A stretch of DNA of 64,000 nucleotides from an uncultured bacterium (GTDB lineage: Bacteria > Eisenbacteria > RBG-16-71-46 > CAIMUX01 > WJJG01): contig CAZDKK010000014.1 of NCBI GenBank assembly GCA_964506245.1, positions 21,792 through 85,791 of the forward strand. Direction: 5' to 3'. Each line of letters opens with the position of its first letter. Within the stretch, counting starts at the first letter, position 1. The position numbers and the translations under genes are program-made. The notes beneath the pieces were generated by a model. It was given only the letters and a program-made list of their open reading frames with translations, made no database searches and was not told the DNA's origin. This document shows positions 30,238 through 44,192 of this stretch, in pieces.

Positions 30238-31764
30238 TCACTCCGCACCACGGAGTGGCAATGTGAAACTCTGCGAGTAGCCCGAGTGTCCGTCAAAGTC
30301 ATACTCGTAGAGCACGGCCGGGTCCAAGGCGCGCCCCAGCTGTCCCAGGAAGTACATGAAGCCGTTAGGAGCGGCCGCGAAGAGGTGAAGAGAGACCGGC
30401 TCATCGATGCGCCGACGCTCCTTCATCACGAGTTGTTGGAGCTGCTCCGCAAGCGCCGCCGCGTGATCCGCCCCCTGAACGCTCGACGCCCCGACCCCAG
30501 AGAGGGGGCGCAGATGAAGAAACACACGAGGACTGACCCCCGCAGAGTGCAGATGCCGATTCACGTCCGCATGAACGTCATGAGTGACCGACACGGCGAG
30601 CACCAGTCCGCCTCGGCCATCCGGTTGCTCGGCGCGCTCGACCATCCACTGCGCGTGGGCAAACTCCGGAGGGGGACTCACGGCTGGCTTCCAAACTGCG
30701 CGGGCTCTACCTTTCTGAAGTGGGTAGACCGATGCTCCTGACGCCCGATGAAGGATATATCCAGCCGCGTATGCGACAGAAAGGTGGCATTCCAGCAGGA
30801 CGTGGTGCTCTGCTTGCCGAAGGGCCTCGGTGCTCAAGAACTCATGTAGAGCCGGGAGTACCCGATCGCCCCACAGCTGCCGATCCCGAATCGAGCGGCC
30901 GTCGAAGTACTGCGCCAGGCAGACGAAGCGGTCACACTCGTCTTCCAGATGCTCTGCAAAGCGCATGAAACTGCGGATTCCAATCGCTCGGGGGTCTCTC
31001 GTCTGCGGTTCAGCGATGACGAGGCCTTCGGCTGCGCAGATGGACCGCAAGGTTGAGGCATTAAAGTCCCTGGGTCCACTCGTGACAAACTTCGTCGCCA
31101 GATCATCATAGGGGACGACTTGCTTGGCTTCATCGATCGGGCGAAGGCCTGCCCGGTAGAGCCGATCCGAGAGACTCCTGAGGAGATCGCTGCGGGAGAA
31201 ATAGTTGAGTTTGAGGCGCAAGCGACGTGCGAAGTCCTCGAACTCATCGTCGCTCGCGTTCACTGCACTCTTCCATTTCTCACGGATCATTCCTAGTGCG
31301 CTCTTGGGACCGCGCGAAAAGAACGCATCCGGAAGGGTGCCGTCGCAGTCGCGGATGGCAGTGGCAAGGACGTCTTCCGAACGCCATGTCCAGTTGGATA
31401 CAAGGGCAAGCACTAGACCAGGGTGCTTCTCCCTTTCTGCGAGGAAGGCGTCATAGAAGCGCTTCAGGAGAGAGGTCTTGGCGTTGATGAAGCCGGGATC
31501 GATCATGGCATCCGAGGAGTAGGCGTCACGGTGATCAACATGGTACTTCACTTGGAAATACTGCGCGGTACATCGGGTGTTTGAGTCCAGGATCCCGGTT
31601 CCCTTGTAGTAGACGACGACATCATCGACTCCGGACACGGTGTCGTGCTCGATGACAACTCGCTCCACGTGGCTGTCTTGGAACAGAAGTCCGGCAGCGT
31701 GATACCAGAAGAACCTCCCCTGGTAGTTGTCCCCTTTCATTCGGGCTGCAACTTGTCGGGCCAC
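30238..31764 (-). CDS. cap4: CBASS effector, Cap4-like: N-terminal DUF4297-type nuclease + C-terminal SAVED domain
   Basis: N-terminus VDDVVVYY...AQYFQVKYH fits the D...QxK restriction-endonuclease-like motif of Cap4. C-terminal half with ...LHLFAAAPNGFMYFLGQLG... resembles SAVED/CARF-like sensor domains. Sits immediately upstream of the CD-NTase. Confidence 0.65.
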   Translation of the reverse strand: MARQVAARMKGDNYQGRFFWYHAAGLLFQDSHVERVVIEHDTVSGVDDVVVYYKGTGILDSNTRCTAQYFQVKYHVDHRDAYSSDAMIDPGFINAKTSLLKRFYDAFLAEREKHPGLVLALVSNWTWRSEDVLATAIRDCDGTLPDAFFSRGPKSALGMIREKWKSAVNASDDEFEDFARRLRLKLNYFSRSDLLRSLSDRLYRAGLRPIDEAKQVVPYDDLATKFVTSGPRDFNASTLRSICAAEGLVIAEPQTRDPRAIGIRSFMRFAEHLEDECDRFVCLAQYFDGRSIRDRQLWGDRVLPALHEFLSTEALRQAEHHVLLECHLSVAYAAGYILHRASGASVYPLQKGRARAVWKPAVSPPPEFAHAQWMVERAEQPDGRGGLVLAVSVTHDVHADVNRHLHSAGVSPRVFLHLRPLSGVGASSVQGADHAAALAEQLQQLVMKERRRIDEPVSLHLFAAAPNGFMYFLGQLGRALDPAVLYEYDFDGHSGYSQSFTLPLRGAE

Positions 31765-31964
31765 TCTTGGTCTCCAGCTACGATTCCTGAAGTGTGGACT
31801 CCATATCAGTCTCGTCAGAGAACCGGTCTACCGCATCGCGGAGCCGGCCGAGTTCGGCGAGGCTCGTGGGCGTCGACGGATCGCGCCGAACGAAGTCGAG
31901 CTCGCTCCCGTCCATGCGCGCCTGCTGTATCTACCGAGCGAGTTGATGTCGGTCCGTCCACATC

Positions 31965-34874
31965 TCAGCCGAATAGCCCCGCCTGACCTCCTCTCTCTTC
32001 GTGGTTTGCACTCACCAGCCGCAATATCTCTGGCCAGCTCTGAACAAGTGCGTTGTAGCTCATTGCTTCCTGTGCCCGCTTCTTCCGCTCGCAGATCGTG
32101 TAGAGCCGATAGGCGAGCTCCCGGCAAGCCTCGACCCGCGCCCCGATCCTCCTGACAAGCTCCGCCGCCGCCCCCTCCCCGCCAGATTCCAGCACCCGGA
32201 CAAGGTGATGGACCATCTCCCAGACCGTCAGACGTGCGTCCGTGCTGGGGTCCCAGTGCGCTGGCAGCTCCGCGGGACCCAGCAGCCGTACCCTGCCTGC
32301 CTTGGAGGCGAGGAACCCCGCCTCGACCATCCCCGCCACGCTGGTGTTCTTCGCTTTCGAGAGGGTCTCGGCCACGCCGAACTCGCCCTCTGCGAAGGCG
32401 TACTGCTCGAACCACGCCAGCGCCCAGCGGGTGTCAGCGTCGAAGTCGCCTTCCTGCTCCGCCAGCGCATCGTCGAGAGTTTGGTTTATGAGTGCCAGCG
32501 CTTCCCGAACCAGAAGCGGGCTTCCCTCGGCGTCGAGTACCCGCTCGTAGCGGGTGTACACGGCCATCCCTGGGCCGATGGCCGCCTGCGCGAGGTCCAC
32601 CGGGGCGATGTTGCCCCGCTGGAGGTGGGCGAGTGCCCGCGGCAGCTCGGCCTTGAGCGCTGTGACCAGATCGCGCCGCGTCGCGATGGGCGCGTCATCA
32701 GCTCGCTTGCAGCAGACGAGGATGATACTGGATGCGAGGGCGTTGGTACCCATCGCGACCATTCGACCCGAACCTTCCGTTCGCATGGGCCAGGTTCCTG
32801 TGATCGCGAACCCCGCACGGATCACGGCGTCGAGAAAGGTATCCCAGCCCGTGTTCGTAGTCCCGTTAGCATGATCGCTCTCGGACTGCTTGAACGCGTA
32901 GTAGATGGTGACCGGGAAGGCGGGGTGCGCTTGTTCAGCGAGGCGCCGCATGGCGTTAGTCATTCCTCCAAGGAAGAACGCCGCGGCTCGTTCCCTGCCC
33001 CCGTGGCGGTGAAGGGTGGCAACCAGCTCTTCAGATTTCGGAGTGGATAGTGTCGCGAAGATATCGGGGAAGATGGGTTTGAGCGCCCGTCGCAGCCATA
33101 CGTAGAAGAAGTCCGATAGCTCCGCGTAGCCGATGTTGTCGTAGTAGGGTGGGTCGGTGGAGACGACCCTGTCGCGAGATTGTGCCTGCACCGATGCGTC
33201 CAACTGGGTGGCACCACCAGACGCTGACGCCGGAAACGCGGCGATGGCCATTGCACCCTTGTCGAGTGCCGTGTGTAGGCTCCCGCCGACGTCTGCGAAC
33301 GGGTTCGCTTCGGCGAAGTCCCAGACCATCGGGATTGCCTGTCGCGCGAAGGTCTCTCGGAATGCACCGCGGTCACTCATCCAAGAGGCAAGCGACGAGC
33401 CAATGTTCGCGACCTTGGAGACAGCAAATGCGAGATACACCGCCACAGCGTCGGCGTAGGCGGAGGCGCCCTCGGGGACGAGCGACCTACTCCCGTCGGG
33501 CAGGCCGGCGGCCAATGCGGCGCGCTTCACCAATCCGCGTGCTTCCTGCACTCGGTCGCAGAGGGTCGTCAGTGCCAGTGTCTGACGTGGTGTGAAGACG
33601 TGTCCCCACGTCGAAAGCCCATAGGCGGAGCAGACACCACCCGTGATCATGGCTCTGGTGGGAGTCAAACCGGACAAGGAGGTCGCTCGTGCCTCGCTGA
33701 CCATGGCGTCGTCGGCGACGCGCAAGGCGATGCTCTCCCCCGCATCCGTTGGTGAGAGATACACCCTGGTGCGGTCACCCTCGGCGACGACGGCCATGAG
33801 GCGGGCACCGAGCCGCCCGGCCTTGCCTTCTTCGCGGACATACCATCGCGGCACAGGAACGCCGCTCATGAGGCAGAGGAAGTCCTGGGCCTTGCCAGCT
33901 CGTGTGCCGTTCTGAGCCGCCTTCATGTCGTACGGCTTGCCCATTCTCACGGCAAAGCGGTAGCCTCCGTCTTCAATGACCGGCTCGACGTACGCCTCCT
34001 TGCCCGCCTTGGTCGACAGCATGAACGTCGAGGCGAGCGGCACGTCGATGTGCGCGTAGGCCGGGTTCGGGCTCTTCACCGTCCGCGCCCACAGCCAGGC
34101 GATGACGGTGAGCTTGCGCCCGACCAGGGGTCTTAGGTCCCGCCGCTCCCGCGCCATCTCCTCCGTGATCTCGATCTTGGGGTAGAGGTGGCCGATGCGC
34201 TTCTCGGCCTCGTCGCGCATCCAGCGGCCGTAGTAGCGCACGTCCTCGGCCAGGCCCTGCGCGCCGCGCCACGTGCGTCCGATCAGCTCGGGCTTCTGGC
34301 GCGCCTCGGGGTTGACCGGCGGACGGCCCGCGAACTTCGGCGGGATCTCGATCATCGCCTTGCAGATGAGGACGGCCACCGGATTGAGATCGCTGGCATA
34401 GGCCTCGAGCCCGAGCCGCTGCGCCTCGAGCGGCAGCGACCCGCCCCCAGCGAAGGGGTCGTGAAAGGCGGGCAGCTTGTGGCGGTCGAACAGCTCCTTG
34501 GCGCGCGGGTGGTCGACGTTCTCGGCGCAGGTCCGCCGCCAGCTTGCCCAGATCTCATCGCGCGCCTTCTGGAGCACCTCCTCGTTGGTCGTGTTCTCCC
34601 ACTTGACCAGCTCCTCGATGATCTTGAAGAGCCGCTTGCGCTCCTTCTCCTGCGCCTTCTCGGTCGGGAAGAGGTCCGGGTGCCCCGAGGGGTCGTCCAC
34701 CATTTGCGCGAAGATCACCGCCCGCGCCGCCGCCAGCGGCCGGCGCGCCCACCACAGGTGCAGCGTCGAGGGGTGCCCGTGGCGGATCGACTTCTCCCGC
34801 GCCGAGGCCGCGTTGATCGCCTCGAGCGGCAGGGCGACTTCGATGAGCTTCTTCTTGGCGATGACGTGGGTCAC
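31965..34874 (-). CDS. DUF1156 (COG1743) adenine-specific DNA methyltransferase; methylase component of Hma-like module
   Basis: N-terminal DUF1156 signature [41 protein letters not shown]. AdoMet motif [18 protein letters not shown] and motif [19 protein letters not shown]. Confidence 0.85.
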   Translation of the reverse strand: MTHVIAKKKLIEVALPLEAINAASAREKSIRHGHPSTLHLWWARRPLAAARAVIFAQMVDDPSGHPDLFPTEKAQEKERKRLFKIIEELVKWENTTNEEVLQKARDEIWASWRRTCAENVDHPRAKELFDRHKLPAFHDPFAGGGSLPLEAQRLGLEAYASDLNPVAVLICKAMIEIPPKFAGRPPVNPEARQKPELIGRTWRGAQGLAEDVRYYGRWMRDEAEKRIGHLYPKIEITEEMARERRDLRPLVGRKLTVIAWLWARTVKSPNPAYAHIDVPLASTFMLSTKAGKEAYVEPVIEDGGYRFAVRMGKPYDMKAAQNGTRAGKAQDFLCLMSGVPVPRWYVREEGKAGRLGARLMAVVAEGDRTRVYLSPTDAGESIALRVADDAMVSEARATSLSGLTPTRAMITGGVCSAYGLSTWGHVFTPRQTLALTTLCDRVQEARGLVKRAALAAGLPDGSRSLVPEGASAYADAVAVYLAFAVSKVANIGSSLASWMSDRGAFRETFARQAIPMVWDFAEANPFADVGGSLHTALDKGAMAIAAFPASASGGATQLDASVQAQSRDRVVSTDPPYYDNIGYAELSDFFYVWLRRALKPIFPDIFATLSTPKSEELVATLHRHGGRERAAAFFLGGMTNAMRRLAEQAHPAFPVTIYYAFKQSESDHANGTTNTGWDTFLDAVIRAGFAITGTWPMRTEGSGRMVAMGTNALASSIILVCCKRADDAPIATRRDLVTALKAELPRALAHLQRGNIAPVDLAQAAIGPGMAVYTRYERVLDAEGSPLLVREALALINQTLDDALAEQEGDFDADTRWALAWFEQYAFAEGEFGVAETLSKAKNTSVAGMVEAGFLASKAGRVRLLGPAELPAHWDPSTDARLTVWEMVHHLVRVLESGGEGAAAELVRRIGARVEACRELAYRLYTICERKKRAQEAMSYNALVQSWPEILRLVSANHEERGGQAGLFG

Positions 34875-34895
34875 GGGGCTACCTCGGATCCTCCA

Positions 34896-36215
34896 TCACT
34901 CCGCCTCCTCCCCCAGCAACCACTCCGCCGCCGGCACCCACCGCACCCGCGCCGGCAGCTCGGCGGCCGGCGGAATGGACTCCAGCGTCAGCAGCACGGG
35001 CGTGGCTCGCGGGTGTTCCTTGGCAGCTGCTGTCAGGGCCCGCATCTCGCGCTCCAGCGTCGACGCATCGCGGACATCCAGGCACACCTGCAGCAGCAGG
35101 GTCGGCCGCCCCGGCGCCTGCCCCAGGAAGTCGACCTCGAAGTCCTCCTTGGTGCGAACATAAGTGATGTCGTAGCCGCGGCGCTCCAGCTCGACGCAGA
35201 CGACGGTCTCCAGGGCATGACCGAGACTCGGGCGACCGCTCCGATCGTAGACGGGTATGAGCCCCGGATCCACGGGGTACGCTTTGCGCGGATTCACCAT
35301 CCGCCGTCGCTCGGAGGCCGTGTGGAGCGAGACGACTCGGACCAGGAACGAATCCTCCAGATGTCCCATGTAGGCGTGCAGCGTGTCCTTGCCCACGGGA
35401 ACACCCTGGGATCGGAGCGCATCGTAGAACTTCTGGACGCTGAAGAGCCCCGCGGGGCTGGCGAGCAGTTGCCGCTGCATCCAGCGCAGTGCGAGCGGAT
35501 TGGAGACCTGGTGCCTCTCGATCACATCGCGCAGCACGACGACGTCCACATAGGAGCGCAGCAGCTTGACCCGGTCCGGCTCCTCAGCCCCCAGTGTTTC
35601 CGGGAATCCACCTTCCGTGAGATACGCCCGCAGCCGACTCTCGAGCTTCGAACGTGCAGCCTTCCGCAACCGATTCCACGGGACCTCGGGTTCCTCGCCC
35701 CGATGGCGGAGCACTTCGCGGAAGCTGAAGGGGTGCACCAGCACTTCCAGGGCGCGCCCGCGCATGCTCGTGGCGACTTCGCGACTGAGCAGCCGCGCGG
35801 AAGATCCCGACAGGAAGAGTTCCACGCGCTCCGTGTCCACCAAGCGCCGGGCGAACGGCTCCCATCCCGCCACGCATTGGATCTCGTCGAAGAAGAAGGT
35901 GACGGTCTGCGAGTCCCTTCTCTCGGGCTGCTGGCGGTAGAACTCCTCCACCAGCCAGGCCAGATCGGCAGTCGTCAGGTTGGGCAGGCGATCATCCTCA
36001 AAGCAGAGGAAGAGCATCGCCTCGCGAGGCATCCCGGTCGCCAGTCGGTCCGCCAAGCACTGCCATAGGAAAGTAGTCTTGCCGCTCCGGCGCACGCCGA
36101 CCACCGCCATGGCCTTGCGGGCCACGCGCGGGAGGCGCACCTCCCTCCTGGTGTAGACGGGCGGCGGAGTGGCCAGGCCCTCCGCCATCTTCAGCCGGAG
36201 CATGTCCTGCATCAT
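34896..36215 (-). CDS. COG1373-type AAA+ ATPase with C-terminal DUF4143
   Basis: Walker A VVGVRRSGKTTFL and Walker B FFFDEIQ; this 'archaeal-ATPase' family is common in defence islands. Embedded between the helicase and the methylase. Confidence 0.8.
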   Translation of the reverse strand: MMQDMLRLKMAEGLATPPPVYTRREVRLPRVARKAMAVVGVRRSGKTTFLWQCLADRLATGMPREAMLFLCFEDDRLPNLTTADLAWLVEEFYRQQPERRDSQTVTFFFDEIQCVAGWEPFARRLVDTERVELFLSGSSARLLSREVATSMRGRALEVLVHPFSFREVLRHRGEEPEVPWNRLRKAARSKLESRLRAYLTEGGFPETLGAEEPDRVKLLRSYVDVVVLRDVIERHQVSNPLALRWMQRQLLASPAGLFSVQKFYDALRSQGVPVGKDTLHAYMGHLEDSFLVRVVSLHTASERRRMVNPRKAYPVDPGLIPVYDRSGRPSLGHALETVVCVELERRGYDITYVRTKEDFEVDFLGQAPGRPTLLLQVCLDVRDASTLEREMRALTAAAKEHPRATPVLLTLESIPPAAELPARVRWVPAAEWLLGEEAE

Positions 36216-36375
36216 TTATCCTTCCTAGAAGGACAATATCACCACAAATTCTCCTTTTGAAAAGGATAAATAACTCGGCTTTCGTCCCTGCGCAGCCCCG
36301 GCCCGAGTCCGGAAGCTGCGGCCAGCCGCTTCCTAACCTCCTTCACGATGGGACCTTGCGTGGCGATCCCCGCTG

Positions 36376-40062
<3,687 letters not shown>

Positions 40063-40252
40063 GGGGCGGCGCGGGCTCCTCGTGTTCCGTCAGACCCGGC
40101 GTCCACCTGCCGGTGCGCATGGGGTACCGGCATGGCCCACCCGGCGCACGCTCCTGTAAGTGCGCTTCCTGGAATGAGTGTGCACCCCTGAGCCGCGAAG
40201 CCGCAAGGGGGAATCGGTGCGCTGGGTACCCGCCGCGATGCCCCCGCTCGCG

Positions 40253-42415
40253 CTACCGTACAAGCACAACCCGCCTCGTCGCCGACGACACCCCCACATC
40301 CAGCCGGCAGAAGTAGGTGCCCGCGGGCATCGGCCGGCCGTGCTCGTTGTTCCCGGTCCAGACGACCTCGTGCGGACCGGCCGGCAAACGCCCATCCAGC
40401 AGCGACGCCACGCGCCGTCCCTCGGTCGAGAAGACGCCCAATCGCACCAGGCTTTCCTGCGAGAGCGTGAAGCGGATCAGCGCCTGCGGCGTGAACGGAT
40501 TCGGCTGACCCTCCTCCAGCACGAATCCTCCCATCACCTGCGGCTCGACGCCGGCAGCAAAGGTGCTCTGCAGCACCATCAAGCCCCCGTCACTGAGCCC
40601 CGCCAGGATCTGATTGCCCCACACCGCGACCTCCGTGGCAGCGCAGGTCGTGATGAAGTACCCGGCTTCCACCGGCGCCGACGGAACGCTCACGTCGATC
40701 ACGCGGATGCCGGCAGCATCGTCGGCCACATAGGCGTATTGCCCTTGTACGGCGACCTTCCGGGCATGGCCCGGTGTGTCGCATAGCCCCACGGGGAACG
40801 GGTCCGCCGGATCGCTGACATCGACGATGCAGAGCCCTCGCGCTCCGTTGGCGAGGTACGCGTAGTTCCCGGCCACCGCGACACCCCACGACCAGTTGTC
40901 GGGCTGGTACCCGCCGACTGCAACCGGCGAGGTGGGGTCACTGACGTCGACGATCTCCAACCCGTAGTAGTACTGGGCGACGTAGGCATAGTCGCCGCGG
41001 ACATCGACATCATGGGACCCTGCGGGGATGTTGGAGATCTCCATGGGCGCGGTCGGCACGCTGACATCGATGATGCTCAGGCCCTCCTCTTCGTGCACGA
41101 CGTACGCGTAGTTGCCTTGCGCGTCGATTTCCAGCGCGCGCCAACGGCCCTGGGTCTCGCCGAGGATCTGCGGTGCGGTGGGTTCGCTGACATCAAGGAC
41201 ACCGATGGCGCCGTAGTATCCTGCCAGGTACGCATACGGAGGAACCGGGACGGCATCCATCGCGTACCAGAAGCCCTGGAAACCCCGAGTGACGGGAATG
41301 CTCGATCCGCGGGTGTCGATGATGAAGAGACCCGCCGTGGGCACCCGGCTCCATGCATCCCCCTCACCGCCATCTTCCTCGCTGGGGCGGTAGCCCCCGC
41401 ACAAGTAGAGGTCGGAGCCCACGATGTCGAGGCTGGTGACATCGCCCACCAGGGCGTAGTACCCGAGGGACGCCGGCGCGGCGGGATCGGCGACATCGCA
41501 GATTCGCAGTCCACCCCACCACGCGGCGATATAGGCGGTGTCGTCCGCAATGAACATTCGTCCCGGGCGCCCATAGATCTCGAAGGATGACACCACGACC
41601 GGGGCAGCGGGCATGCTGACGTCCAGGATCTCCAAGTACTCCCAGAACGAGAGGATCGCGTAGTCCCCATGCATCGTAATGGAGACGACTTCGTCGTCGG
41701 CATCGTACTGCGCAACCTCCACGGGGTGGGCGGGATCGCTCACGTCGACGACCCGCATCCCGGGGACGGTGGCGATGTAGGCATAGGAGCCCGCTACCGC
41801 AACGGCGTGCACGGGTACCCAGGGATTGAAGATGCTCACCTGAACAGGGGCGGAGGACACGCTGACGTCGAGGATGCGCAGACCCACGAGCTCGTCGGCG
41901 AAATAGAGCAGATTGCCCACCAGGCACAGGTTGCCCAACGGGCTGGACGTCAGATAGTAACCGACCTGGTGCGGCGCGGCCGGCTGGCTGATGTCGAGAA
42001 TGCGCACGCCGCGCCAGTTGTCCGCGACGTAGGCGTAGTTGCCCGCCACGACCACGTCGACCGCCGTGGTTTCACAGTATCCGGACCCGACCTCGATCGG
42101 CGAGGCCGGGTCGCTGACGTCGACCACGTGCAGGCGCGGGCCACCGACGTAGGCGTATTGCCCGCTCACCGCGACGCAGCAGACCTCCGGCATGGGCAGG
42201 AACGCGACCTGGGTGGGCCCCTGCACGGCCGTGACATCCAGGATGAGCAGGCCGCTGCGCGCTGCGCAGTAGGCAAAGCTACCCTGGACCTGGACATCTT
42301 CGAGATAGCCTGGAAGGCCCCCGACGTACTCGACGTTCCATGCGTCCTGAGCGACCGCGGGCCATACGGTCACCGTCACCAGCACCAGAACGGAGGTCGC
42401 GATGGAGGATTTCAT
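40253..42415 (-). CDS. LVIVD-repeat beta-propeller protein with T9SS-type CTD
   Basis: ATG at 42415 preceded by AAGGGAG; signal peptide. More than 12 repeats of (YAYVA..GLRI[IV]DVSDPAAP). C-terminus GTYFCRLDVGVSSATRRVVLVR. Confidence 0.7.
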   Translation of the reverse strand: MKSSIATSVLVLVTVTVWPAVAQDAWNVEYVGGLPGYLEDVQVQGSFAYCAARSGLLILDVTAVQGPTQVAFLPMPEVCCVAVSGQYAYVGGPRLHVVDVSDPASPIEVGSGYCETTAVDVVVAGNYAYVADNWRGVRILDISQPAAPHQVGYYLTSSPLGNLCLVGNLLYFADELVGLRILDVSVSSAPVQVSIFNPWVPVHAVAVAGSYAYIATVPGMRVVDVSDPAHPVEVAQYDADDEVVSITMHGDYAILSFWEYLEILDVSMPAAPVVVSSFEIYGRPGRMFIADDTAYIAAWWGGLRICDVADPAAPASLGYYALVGDVTSLDIVGSDLYLCGGYRPSEEDGGEGDAWSRVPTAGLFIIDTRGSSIPVTRGFQGFWYAMDAVPVPPYAYLAGYYGAIGVLDVSEPTAPQILGETQGRWRALEIDAQGNYAYVVHEEEGLSIIDVSVPTAPMEISNIPAGSHDVDVRGDYAYVAQYYYGLEIVDVSDPTSPVAVGGYQPDNWSWGVAVAGNYAYLANGARGLCIVDVSDPADPFPVGLCDTPGHARKVAVQGQYAYVADDAAGIRVIDVSVPSAPVEAGYFITTCAATEVAVWGNQILAGLSDGGLMVLQSTFAAGVEPQVMGGFVLEEGQPNPFTPQALIRFTLSQESLVRLGVFSTEGRRVASLLDGRLPAGPHEVVWTGNNEHGRPMPAGTYFCRLDVGVSSATRRVVLVR

Positions 42416-42741
42416 CTGCTTCTCCCTTCTCTTCTCGGTCCTGCCGCCCACTACTCGATCGATCTGGAGAAGTCCGGTCAATCGACTGACAAGGCCGCTG
42501 GGCCTGGGTCGATTACACACGTCAAGTATGCGACTGGCCCAGGCAAATGGGCAAGTGGGAAGGCGAGCCTGGAGTTCCCGGCGCGAGTCGCGCTCCGTTC
42601 CCCTCGGTCGTCCGGGCGGCAGCCTTCCGGGTCATGCGGGGCCCCGCGCCGCTGTTGTCACGCCCGGCGCGGGGACCTATGCTGGCGGTCGTCATGCGCG
42701 ATCCCGTTCACATCCCAGGCGTGGCCCGCAGGCGATCGGCG

Positions 42742-43977
42742 ATGCCCCGGGGCCCGGGGGCATGGCTACTCCCGGCGCTCCTCGTGGCTCTCTGTCTCGG
42801 CCTGGGCGGCTGCAGCAAGGGCCGCTTCGAATTCGTCGTCACCGATGAGGGGGGCAAGCCCCTCGAGGGTGTCGAGGTCTGCTACCAGGTCGAGTCGCAG
42901 GGCTCAGCGCAGGATGTGGTGGTCGGACTGACCGACGCGGCCGGCAGCCTCGTGCTGGCCGGCAAGCACTTCGCAACCGGTCGCCAGTACCTGTTCCGCA
43001 AGGCGTGCGTGGCCGGCGGGAGCGGGGAACGCTTCGACCCGGTGCAGTGTGCCGTCCTGACGGGTGGGGGCGGGGGTCAGTACACGTTCGCCCTGCGCGA
43101 CGGGCTCGTCCGCCGGCCGGACCTGAGCCACCAGCTGCCGGGTCGCAAGTGGCCCGGCCGCAACGTCAGGCTCACCTGCGAGGCGGTCCCCGACGGGGCC
43201 GGCGGTTCCGGCCGCCAGCAGCCTCTGACGCGCATTCTCGACCTGACCGCCCCGGCCGGGGCCAGTGTGAGCGTCAATGGCCACGCGATGGGCACGGTGC
43301 CCGAGACGGGTTGGCTCAACACCGAGTTCTGCCCGGGCGATTCGGCCGAGTGCTTCGCGAGCATCGTGGCGGTGACGGTTTCGCAGGCCGGGTACGCACC
43401 CCGCACGGAAGAAGCTCCCCTGCCCGAGCCGCTCGGGACCGTGAAGCTGAGCGTGGCTCTGCAACGGGCTGGCGGGGCGGCGGTGGCTCAGGCGGGCAGC
43501 GGCGAAGCGGCCGGCGAGGCGGCCTCATCGGCAACCTCATCGGCCGGCGAAGCGGCGGGCGGCGGCCTCGCGCAAGTGCGGATCGAGAACCGCGGCACGC
43601 CCTTCGCGTGCGGCGCGGAGGGAGATCGGCTGCCGGTGGTCCTAGTGAACGACCGGTCTACAGTTGTCCGACCCTCATCCGCCTCGACCGATTGGAAGAC
43701 CTACTTCGATCTGCTCCTCAAGCCGGGCCAGAGCTACTGCATTGCCGTCCGCTGTCCCGACGACGAGCCGGGAGCCCTGTCGTGGAACCCGTGGGATTCG
43801 GGCCACGCCGAGTGGTACTCCATCCGCATCCCGGCCGGCGCGACGCGCCTGTTCTTCGCCGTCCCCGCCAACGAAGCCGGCCGCAACTTGAGGCTCACGC
43901 CCGTATCCGACGGTTCCTGGAAGGGGTTTCAGCCCTCGCGGGCGGTCCAGGTCACGCGGGGCTGCGAGCGCGGGTAG
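42742..43977 (+). CDS. Hypothetical lipoprotein
   Basis: Internal ATG 42742; lipobox LGLGGC; low-complexity Ala/Gly/Ser linker; no domain recognised. Confidence 0.5.
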   Translation: MPRGPGAWLLPALLVALCLGLGGCSKGRFEFVVTDEGGKPLEGVEVCYQVESQGSAQDVVVGLTDAAGSLVLAGKHFATGRQYLFRKACVAGGSGERFDPVQCAVLTGGGGGQYTFALRDGLVRRPDLSHQLPGRKWPGRNVRLTCEAVPDGAGGSGRQQPLTRILDLTAPAGASVSVNGHAMGTVPETGWLNTEFCPGDSAECFASIVAVTVSQAGYAPRTEEAPLPEPLGTVKLSVALQRAGGAAVAQAGSGEAAGEAASSATSSAGEAAGGGLAQVRIENRGTPFACGAEGDRLPVVLVNDRSTVVRPSSASTDWKTYFDLLLKPGQSYCIAVRCPDDEPGALSWNPWDSGHAEWYSIRIPAGATRLFFAVPANEAGRNLRLTPVSDGSWKGFQPSRAVQVTRGCERG

Positions 43978-44192
43978 GTCGGCCCCTCGCCCGGCTGGCC
44001 CTCAGACGCTTGACTCCGCCCCCACGGTCTCGGATCCTGGACGCAGCTCCCGGGTGGATGCGTGTGCACCGAGAGGGCGCGGCCGTGGGGCGCTGCCGGG
44101 CCGCGCGCGTGTGAGTTCTTCCGCTGAGCGGGTGATCCCCAGGCCCGCCCGGCAAGCAGGTCGAGGCGTCTCGCCGCACAGGGAGGTCCCTC

